From Octopus sinensis (Eukaryota): a DNA stretch of 14,336 nt. The stretch spans positions 1 through 14,336 of the forward strand of contig NW_021825822.1 in NCBI RefSeq assembly GCF_006345805.1, written 5' to 3'. The notes below the pieces were generated by a model. It did not search any database and was not told the DNA's origin. It saw only the letters and a list, made by a program, of their open reading frames with translations. Below are positions 1-7,885 of the stretch, piece after piece. A program made the position numbers and the translations under genes. Numbering within the stretch: the stretch's first letter is position 1; the number at the start of each line of letters is the position of its first letter.

Positions 1-150
1 GAACAAGTATAGTGTTAGTGGACGCTCAGGAAAGGAAAGAAATGGGGGTTCTAATGTTTCGAGCGGAGATTGTCGTCAGAAACATAGAAAAAGGAAAGGT
101 CCAAGGAAGGGAAGACGGAGAAAGAAAATCGCCAACGATACACGCGCAAC
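1..150 (-). mobile_element. Probable Penelope-like terminal repeat fragment carrying a degenerate hammerhead; runs off the window's left edge
   Basis: Pyrimidine-rich minus-strand segment containing CTGACGA...GAAAC. This context is typical of PLE pseudo-LTRs. Boundaries are approximate. Confidence 0.45.
48..83 (-). ncRNA. Degenerate minimal type I hammerhead ribozyme
   Basis: Minus strand reads gttt-CTGACGA-caatctccgctc-GAAA-ca-TTA-gaac. Both core boxes are intact. Stem I is gttt/gaac (4 bp with one G-U). Helix III would be the palindrome AACGTT, here AACATT, consistent with CpG decay. Stem II no longer pairs. Confidence 0.5.
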
Positions 151-396
151 AGGAACGGTGGAAAGCTTCCTTCATCCCGAAAATTGTGCTCGTATGCATT
201 ACAACAGAGTGAATTCAGCTAAAGGTAACCTAAGTAAGCCCCAACCCAGGTCCATCTGGAAGGCATCAACTTTAACACAGACCTGGTCAAGGGTGGGCTC
301 CAATATGTTTCATGCATCCGAGACATGCAATATGTTACCACGACACTCCTATGACTTCCTGAAACAGTTACAAGCCCAAAACATGATATGGCAAGG

Positions 397-448
397 TATA
401 TATATATATATATATATATTATATATCTATATATATATATATATATAT

Positions 449-485
<37 letters not shown>

Positions 486-585
486 CATAATATAATAAAA
501 TATATATATATATACATGATATATAATATATTATAATATTATATTAACATATATATATGTGGTGTGTGTGTACTTACAGATAGTG

Positions 586-627
<42 letters not shown>

Positions 628-640
628 AATTATATGCATA
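397..640. repeat. (AT)n microsatellite, interrupted
   Basis: Direct reading of the sequence. Confidence 0.95.
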
Positions 641-829
641 TATGAGTACAGGACGTCACAAAACGTAACAACATGAAATACGAAGTACGTATGTATATAC
701 ATTTCATGTATACATATATTGCATATGAGGGCACGTATATCCGTATATAAACACATGGATGTATATGTGTGTGCGTGTGTCATTCATATTCCCGCACACA
801 TATATATAAAAGTATGTGTTTGTGTTTTA

Positions 830-861
<32 letters not shown>

Positions 862-862
<1 letters not shown>

Positions 863-991
863 GTGTCTGGGGAGAGTCATTTTCTTTTTATGCCTTATAA
901 TTTAACCGGTAAAATTTCCATTTATCTCTTTATTTTTATTCTCCTAAAATTTTCGTTGCGTCTCTCCCCAAAATAACTCTCTCCGGACACA
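862..991. mobile_element. MITE-like element with 22-bp imperfect terminal inverted repeats
   Basis: tgtgtctggggagagtcatttt (862-883) is the reverse complement of aaaataactctctccggacaca (970-991) at 19/22 positions. The left end abuts a (TA)n tract. No coding capacity. Confidence 0.6.
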
Positions 992-1349
992 ACAGAATAT
1001 GCTTCAACACACGAACTCATATAAAGATCTTGCAAACAAAATCCAAAAACGAAATATATATATATATATATATATATATTCGTATACACGCGCACACACA
1101 CACACACGTGCTTCTCTTCTTCTGTACGTTTATCATAACTGTAGTATCAAATACGCTGAGAATATACCTACATATTCGCATAGCCCATCATAGCCATCCG
1201 CAGCCTCTACCCTGCTAATCTGCTGCTTAGCAACGCATAAAGTATCTATTTTTAGATTTTTTTTAGTCGAAAACGAGTAGAATGTATAGAAGTGCCACAG
1301 CCACACCGAATTAGCATATCTGAGTAGATTTGTGTCTGCCTCTTTAAAC

Positions 1350-1364
1350 ATGTGTGTGTGCGTG

Positions 1365-1418
<54 letters not shown>

Positions 1419-1425
1419 GAGTGTT

Positions 1426-1457
<32 letters not shown>

Positions 1458-1468
1458 TGCGTGTGTGC
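1350..1468. repeat. (GT)n/(GA)n microsatellite
   Basis: Direct reading. Confidence 0.95.
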
Positions 1469-1490
1469 GTTTAAATATATTATATATATA

Positions 1491-1714
1491 TTCTTTTATT
1501 CTTTTACTTGTCTCAGTCATTTGACTGTGGCCATGCTGGAGCACTGTTTTTAGTTGAGCAACTCGATCCCTGGACTTATTCTTTGTAAGCGTAGTACTTA
1601 TTCTATTGTCTCTTTTGCCGAGCCGTTAGGTTTCGGGGACGTAAACACACCAACATCGGTTGTCGGGCGATTGTGGAGCTACAACCACAGTCACACAAAC
1701 ATATACAAACCACA

Positions 1715-1746
<32 letters not shown>

Positions 1747-1760
1747 TACACACACCACAC

Positions 1761-1792
<32 letters not shown>

Positions 1793-1966
1793 TATATATA
1801 AACATACACGACAGGCTTCTTTCAGTTTCCGTCTACCAAATCCACTCACAAGGCTTTGGTCGACCCGAGGCTATAGTAGAAAACACTTGCCCAAGGTGTC
1901 ACGCAGTGGGACTGAACCCTGAACCATGTCGTTGGTAAGCAAGCTACTTACCACACAGCCACTTCT
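1491..1966 (-). mobile_element. tRNA-derived SINE, family 1, near full length, with internal (CA)n/(TA)n tract
   Basis: Reverse complement matches the + strand copy at 5819-6080 (head ggctgtgtggtaag...ggttcagtcccactgcgtg.cac.ttgggcaagtg). Its 3' part matches 8346-8455. The accttgggcaagt motif resembles the start of the CORE-SINE domain. Resembles octopus OR-type SINEs (from memory). Confidence 0.9.
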
Positions 1967-2280
1967 ATATGTATATATGTATGTATGTGTAAACATATAT
2001 ATATACACACACATGCAGATGTATACATTCACCCACTCACACACTGTTATACAAACACTCACACTATATATGCATATGCAGTCCGTGCATTAAGATCAAG
2101 TGCATATGCATAAACAAACACACACATACATGCATGCATGCACACATTTATATTCTTTATATCTATTAATGTATATGAGTGAGTGTATGTGTGTAGATAT
2201 GTGTGTGTGTGTGTATGTATTTTCAGATATATTCTCTCAAATGCATTCACACATATACTTACGCTCATACTTAAATAGAC

Positions 2281-2350
2281 ACGGTGGCACTGAACCCGGA
2301 ACCATGTGGTTGGGAAGCAAATTTCTTACCACGCAACCACAACAGTGCCT
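2281..2350 (-). mobile_element. Family 1 SINE head fragment
   Basis: actgaacccggaaccatgtggttgggaagcaa is identical to the stretch at about 8516-8547 in the copy at 8346-8577. Confidence 0.85.
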
Positions 2351-3199
2351 ATAAGTAAAATGAATTTCTGGCACGGAAGAGACATTGTAAGTATTAGGGA
2401 TTATAGAAGTATGTCACGTAGAAGGTTAAAACAATGAGAGAAATAGAGTAAGTGCAATTGTTCCAGCTAAGTGGTTAAATATTGATGTTCTCCTATTGCT
2501 TCAGCAGGTATTCATCGAAGTGGTGGCATTTAATGAAATTATCTGATCGGCAGATTTATTAAAATTGCGGAGTAGGATTCTTTTTTCAGCTGGCCATAAC
2601 CTGTAAGTTTTCATAACATTTCTGTGTGGTCTGTATCACTTAGTTATCTTCTAATTGAGTAAAGGTAACAACAAAACCTGCTAACTTTGCTCTTTCAAAC
2701 CCTACATAAGATTGAACAGTGTATTGCATTCCTCTTTTTTTAAATTTGTAAAGGAACACATTTGACTGAAGTATGGTTGTGTAGATTTACCTTCCACCAT
2801 AACTACATAGTGTTTGCATGCAATGTTTAGATTTAATTTGGTAGCCGCGATTTCTGCATCACTGGTATTTTGGAATATGCAGTTAACCTCGTCTGATTTA
2901 GATAGTATGCTTGTTGTTCAGTTTTGCATAATGTTGTTAAAGCAATGACGCAGTTGAAGGTTATTTCTGTTCAAAAGTTTTCTCTGTCGATTATTCGTGT
3001 GAGAAGTGTTTATTTATCAAGGCTATGAAGTTTTCGGCAATATTGAACATACGTACGTACATATATACATACATACAATCACACAAATATGCATGAATGC
3101 ATATATGTATGGATGGATGTATGTATGTACGTATATAGGAAGAAAGGGAGCGAAAGGCTCGGATTTCCAAACAATCAGAAGTATTGTTCTCCCTTAAAT

Positions 3200-3359
3200 A
3201 TCGAAAGGACAAGTGAGATAATGTAATCCTACTTAATACCCCTTGAAACATAAAAAAAAGCAGGACGGGAAGGTCAAAGCTGGAATATCATTGATCATAG
3301 ATCTACACACGCAAATCAGACCTGCGGTTAAACGACAACAGCAGTAACAGCAACAACAA
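3200..3359 (+). mobile_element. Family 3 short interspersed repeat with degenerate (CAA)n tail
   Basis: Reverse complement aligns by eye with 3628-3672 and 3823-3905 (motif tatgatca...ttccagc..tgacc.tcccgtc). Ends in acgacaacagcagtaacagcaacaacaa. Confidence 0.6.
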
Positions 3360-3619
3360 TTGCTCTCTGTGTTACATACTTTTTAAAAAGCAGTCTTTAT
3401 ATTATGAGCCAATTTCCGACATTTCCTTGTTGAAATAGCGAGAAACAAAGCCCAGTCTGTTACACTTGATAACATCAGAGAGTAACTGAAGGCATGCAGA
3501 AACTTGCCTCTCTTCTACCAAATATCTCTTCATTTTCTACAACCTTCTTTACTCTACTGAACAATAATCCATTTATTTAGTTTTCAATGGCATCTTGCTC
3601 TCTTTCTCTCCTCGGCCAC

Positions 3620-3811
3620 TAGTCATTGAGCAAACCTAAGATCAAAAGCATTCTAACCGTGACCATCCTGTCTCTTGGAGAATATCTTCGACTATGTCAT
3701 TTAGTGTGTGTACTTTTTTCTTCTTTGAGACAGGGAAGAAAGATTTGAAGGAGATATGGCTGCTATCTCTAGTTAGTAGAACAACCATGTAGAGGTTCCC
3801 TCGTTCACTCG
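3620..3811 (-). mobile_element. Family 3 short interspersed repeat copy
   Basis: 3628-3672 matches 3861-3905 at 33/45 positions ungapped and is inverted relative to 3200-3359. Confidence 0.6.
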
Positions 3812-3822
3812 GACAGCCCCAT

Positions 3823-3910
3823 ATTGTTGTTGTTGTTTTAGCTCTAGGTCAACGTTGAAGGGGAAGACTTATCATCAGAGGCCTTCTAGCTGTGACCATT
3901 CTGTCGTATT
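3823..3910 (-). mobile_element. Family 3 repeat 3' fragment with (TTG)n tail
   Basis: ttgttgttgttgttttagctctaggtc...tgtgaccattctgtc, homologous to the two neighbouring copies. Confidence 0.6.
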
Positions 3911-4040
3911 ATATCAGACTTAGGTCATTGAGGACTACAAGCCCGTAGGTGTTGGTAGGCACAAGGTACGACAGTATTTTTGTTGCTTTTGGTGTTACTG
4001 GATTTAATTATTTTGCTTTGACAATACAAAGGTCAAAGGT

Positions 4041-4313
4041 ACAAAGTTCTACATTCATGAATAGGTATAACCCCAAATTTAATCAATTAATTTTTTTCCA
4101 AAACACCTTTCCATGAAAACCTTAATTTCTACCCCACTCAAACTCACACACCCTAAAATATTCATAGTTCAACAAAATCAATATAAAGGCCAAACTAACT
4201 CTAGTGCATCGCAGTCCAGTGATGGCTTAACTGGCCGAAACTTCGAAGTCACTGTCAACAACAGCCTTGTATGAGAATAATAAATTTTTACTCTACAAAA
4301 GTATAGAGTTACC
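4041..4313 (+). mobile_element. Penelope-like pseudo-LTR copy 1 (contains HHR relic and AATAAA)
   Basis: Diverged direct repeat of 5611-5818. Shared blocks: acaaagttc (4041/5611), cccaa.tttaat (4072/5647), cactcaaactc.cacaccc (4135/5709), tgcatcgcagtc (4205/5779), ccgaaacttc.aagt (4235/5804). Confidence 0.7.
4212..4254 (+). ncRNA. Hammerhead ribozyme relic (type I, PLE-type), core mutated
   Basis: cagt-CCAGTGA-t-ggc(ttaactg)gcc-GAAA-cttcgaag-TC-actg. Stem I is cagt/actg, stem II ggc/gcc, helix III the perfect palindrome acttcgaagt, and the cleavage triplet is GUC. CUGANGA has decayed to CCAGUGA. Confidence 0.65.
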
Positions 4314-4385
4314 AATCGAAAGTGCAGCAACATCCTATACACTTCTCAATGAAAACCATTCCGATACCTAAACAGTCTCCCAAGA

Positions 4386-4765
4386 AATATCTTATATAGC
4401 GCAATGATAACCACAAACTATATCTGCATACATAGAATTCACAGCTGACCAGTTCATGACATAAGGCAACCAACGCGTGCACTTTTGCAAGCCAAACAGA
4501 AAAAATGATACATCACTATCTAAACATATATGGCAAATAAAATTTTAAAAACACTTCACTTAACATTAGCTGGAAAATATTCTCACACGCAGTACCACAC
4601 CAAGGTAACCACAAAACCTTCCAAAGTTATACTTATGAATCTTACCACATTCTAACATTTATGGACCAAATCCTGAACCGAAACTCCGAACTAGTCTCTT
4701 CATGCAAGCACAAAATCTTAAAAATACTAAAACACTTCAAACCAGTAATCTTTTCTAACGGCTAA
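4386..4765 (+). pseudogene. Degenerate GIY-YIG endonuclease domain (C-terminus of a Penelope-like ORF)
   Basis: Three frames joined by frameshifts: NILYSAM (4386-), YIEFTADQFMT*GNQRVHFCKPNRKNDTSLSKHIWQIK (4429-), and NISWKIFSHAVPHQGNHKTFQSYTYESYHILTFMDQILNRNSELVSSCKHKILKILKHFKPVIFSNG* (4562-4765). The motifs T.LSKHIW, I.WKI and LN..SELVS.C.H are characteristic of PLE GIY-YIG domains. Confidence 0.8.
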
Positions 4766-5610
4766 ACTTGTTAATATCTCACCACCTCCCCTCTGTCCTC
4801 CTACGCCACCATATAACATAAAATAAAAAATAAGCTCTCTTACAGCTTTACAGTCTTACACTAAACAAGTACTCTCGAAATTACATAAAAGTCTCCCTCT
4901 TTCTCCCACAAAAATCCCCACATAAGATGTTTTTAATACGACAGCACAAACCCACATACACACGCATAAAATGTGTAATTGTATGGAAGCAAACTGAAAG
5001 AACCATTTACCTTATCTTTTTTTAATTAAACTAGATTTTGTTAAAAATCAGATTGTATTATACTTTTGTTGCTATTTTTATACACGGATAAATACAAACC
5101 TTCTGCATCAGCATATATTTAGAACAGAATTTGATGAAAATTTATAAACAAACACCAAACAAGCTCTACTTCTACAAAACAGAAAGTTTAAAATCTATAT
5201 ATACCAATCAAATTGCTTATAGAACAATGTATACATAGAGAGAAGCATATAGACATACAACTTTTACTCAAATATTTTTGTGAACATCAAAGCACGAGAG
5301 AAACATTTTTTCTGTACTAACAAATCAATGACATGCCTGGCTAATAATCCCAATGTGAAGGGGAAATACCCTAAATAACAACTGCAAAAATTAAAGACAG
5401 GACCAGCCTAAAATTATCCACCTACACACATTCTTTTGTGGAAAACGAACTTGACACACCCAATTACTAAGTGCTTAAATACTGGACTTCGTACTTTTGA
5501 CCTTTAAATTGTCAAAGCAAAAGGATTAAACCCAATATTACCAAAAGCAACGAAAATACTGTCACACCTTGTGTCTACCTAACAAAAGAGAAACACCAAC
5601 AGACTTGTTT

Positions 5611-5818
5611 ACAAAGTTCAACATGCATGAGTAACAATAACATAATCCCAAGTTTAATTAACACATATTTTACCAAAATACCCTTCAGTTTCAACCTAAT
5701 TACTGCTTCACTCAAACTCTCACACCCAAAGATGATTTTAACTCAAAAGAGACTATATAAGAACAAGACTAACCCTCATGCATCGCAGTCAGACGATAGC
5801 TGACCGAAACTTCAAAGT
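5611..5818 (+). mobile_element. Penelope-like pseudo-LTR copy 2, ending at a SINE junction
   Basis: Direct repeat of 4041-4250. HHR relic at 5786-5818: cagt-CAGACGA-tagctgacc-GAAA-cttcaaagt. Confidence 0.65.
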
Positions 5819-6080
5819 AGGGGCAGGCGTGGCTGTGTGATAAGAAACTTGCTTCCCAGTCACATGGTTCCGGGTTCAGTCCCACTGCGTGGCACCTCAG
5901 GCAAGTGTCTTCTACTATAGCCTCGGGCCGACCAAAGTCTTGTGAGTGAATTTGGTAGGTGGAAACCGAAAGAAGCACGTCGTATATATCAATGTATATA
6001 TTCATGTGAGTGTGTGTCAGTGTTTCTCCTCCCACCATCGCTTGACAACCGATGTTGGTGTGCTTACGTCCCCGTAACTT
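5819..6080 (+). mobile_element. Family 1 tRNA-derived SINE, 3'-truncated
   Basis: A-box-like tggctgtgtga (5830-5840) and B-box-like ggttcagtccc (5873-5883). Homologous to the inverted copies at 1491-1966 and 8346-8577. Confidence 0.9.
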
Positions 6081-6124
6081 GATCGTATCAGCTGGGACTT
6101 TCACCGTCGTAGCTGACGGAGTGC

Positions 6125-6163
6125 TTCTCTCTCTCTCTCTCTCTCTTCTCTCTATATAATATA

Positions 6164-6204
<41 letters not shown>

Positions 6205-6210
6205 TATAAT

Positions 6211-6246
<36 letters not shown>
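6125..6246. repeat. (CT)n followed by (AT)n microsatellite
   Basis: Direct reading. Confidence 0.95.
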
Positions 6247-6248
<2 letters not shown>

Positions 6249-6314
6249 AAAATTCCCCCACCACCCCTCCTTTTAAACCTGCCTAAATGGAAATGCTATA
6301 CAATTCTTGTAAAT

Positions 6315-6365
6315 AGCTTCCTGAAGATTTCTCTTGAATGAAACAGTACTAGTCCTGTAGAAGCT
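6315..6365 (+). ncRNA. Nearly intact type I hammerhead ribozyme
   Basis: agcttc-CTGAAGA-tttctcttgaat-GAAA-cag(tactagtc)ctg-TA-gaagct. Stem I is 6 perfect bp (6315-6320/6360-6365). Helix III is ACAG/CTGT. Cleavage triplet GUA (6357-6359). Stem II is ttc/gaa with a U-U pair at its base. Confidence 0.75.
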
Positions 6366-6452
6366 CCTTCTATATAATAATTAAATTTTACTCTGCTATG
6401 TATTGAGTACCTTACTTACTGTGGTTAACCCCGGATCAACCCGGGACCTACA

Positions 6453-6453
6453 T

Positions 6454-6499
<46 letters not shown>

Positions 6500-6575
6500 G
6501 TATGTATTATGTATGTATGTATGTATGTATGTATGTATATATTATAGATATATATTATAAGAGAGAGAGAGAGAG

Positions 6576-6629
<54 letters not shown>

Positions 6630-6630
6630 G
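6453..6630. repeat. Compound microsatellite (TA)n-(TATG)n-(GA)n-(CAGA)n
   Basis: Direct reading. Confidence 0.95.
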
Positions 6631-6991
6631 CAGAGCAGTGAAATTCACTACTGTTCTACTTGGTGTTATATGCACGGTACAACTTGATCACCCCTCTGTA
6701 TAAAAAAGATCAGCAAGTTAAGGAACATTTGTTGCTCAAGAAAGTAAATAGACACACGTAGATCCCTTCCATGCCCCTCCAGTTTATTAAGTGACATAGA
6801 ATAGGCTGAAAAATAAAAAAAAAAAACAGATCATCATGACTCGTGTTCGTTGAGTAGTGTCCCAAATATTTAGAGTGAGATGGATCGGGGCGTAAGATGG
6901 AATGTTAAATTTCCTTGTAGCGGACATTTCGAGAATCACGAGGAAATAGAGGAGACTAGGAAGGAATGTATGTGAAAATGAACGTGACATA

Positions 6992-7456
6992 GTGTGTGTG
7001 TGTGTGTGTGCATGCGTCTGTGCGTGAGCGTGCGTGCGTGTGTGTGCATGCGTGTGTGTATGCGTGTGGCTGTGTGTGCAAGCATGCGCGTGGGGGGACG
7101 TGTATGTGCGTGTGTGTGTCCCTGTATGTGTGTGTGCATGTGTGTATGAGTGTGTCTGTGTGTGCGTGCATGCGTGTGTATGTGCGTGTGCGTGTGTGTG
7201 TGTGCATACCTGTGTGCGTGTATGTATGTGTGTCTGTTGTGTGTGTGTGCATGAGTGTGTGTATGTGTGTGTGTGTGTGTGCGTGCGTCTATATGTGTGT
7301 GCATGCGTGTGTATATGTGTGTGCATGCGTGTGTGCCAGTGTGTGTGCCTGTGTGTGTGTGTGTGTACGTGTGTGTGTGCGTGTGTGCGTGTGTGTGAAT
7401 GTGTGTGTGTGTGTGTGTGTGTGTGTGGTGTGATGTGTGTGTATGTGTGTGTGTGT
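6992..7456. repeat. Degenerate (GT)n/(GTGC)n array
   Basis: Direct reading. Explains the Cys-Val and His-Thr ORFs. Confidence 0.95.
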
Positions 7457-7464
7457 AAGCAGAA

Positions 7465-7650
7465 GGCAAGCTGGCAGAATCGTTATCGCTCCAGACAAAA
7501 TGCCTCGCACCATCTCCTCCGTCTTTACGATCTAAGTTCAAATTCCGCCGAGGTTGACTTCGCCTTTCATTCTTTCGGCTTCAGCAAAATATGTAATCGA
7601 ACTGACTCCAATTTCCCCAGAAGTATTGGTCACGTACCAAAATACTATTG
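7465..7650 (+). mobile_element. Family 2 tRNA-derived SINE, degenerate and internally deleted copy
   Basis: A-box tggcagaatcg (7472-7482) and B-box gttcaaattcc (7536-7546). Homologous to the adjacent copy at 7662-7885 (ccgtcttta.g.tct.agttc...ccgaggt.gactt.gcctttcat). Confidence 0.75.
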
Positions 7651-7661
7651 GCGTAAATGTC

Positions 7662-7885
7662 AGGGTGGCGTTCTGGCGGAACCGTCAGCACGCCGGACAA
7701 ATTGCTTAGCGGCATTTCGTCCGTCTTTATGTTCTCAGTTCTAATAGCAACCGAGGTGGACTTAGCCTTTCATCCTTCCGGGGTCGATAAGATAAGTACC
7801 AGTTGAGCCCTGGTGATCGATGTAATCGTTTAGCCTACCACCTCCTGAAATTGCTGGCCTTGTGCTAAATTTTGAAACCAATATT
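7662..7885 (+). mobile_element. Family 2 tRNA-derived SINE, near full length
   Basis: Tandem with the preceding copy. Central block gcctttcatccttccggggtcgataagataagtacc resembles the conserved central domain of MetaSINE/LF-SINE-type elements (from memory, superfamily uncertain). Tail ends gaaaccaatatt. Confidence 0.8.

Noticed and set aside
12-390. ORFs 12-212 and the non-repetitive part of 158-490
   Set aside because: The first overlaps the antisense HHR-bearing repeat and the second runs into (AT)n. No recognisable domain in either.
2590-2602. 13-nt microexon-like signal ttttttcag|CTGGCCATAACCT|gtaagt
   Set aside because: Length is not a multiple of 3, the longer alternative from the acceptor near 2508 has stops in all frames, and there is no gene context.
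2660-2930. Minus-strand open frame of about 90 codons with LKKRGMQYT, faintly piggyBac-like
   Set aside because: Only a few residues match, and the spacing to the expected DN(Y/F)FT motif does not fit.
3872-3878. CTGATGA on the minus strand (also at 10698-10704)
   Set aside because: No downstream GAAA or pairable stems, so these are chance heptamers.
5819-5890. tRNA-like heads of the SINEs as tRNA genes
   Set aside because: A/B boxes are present but there is no complete cloverleaf, and they continue into SINE body sequence.
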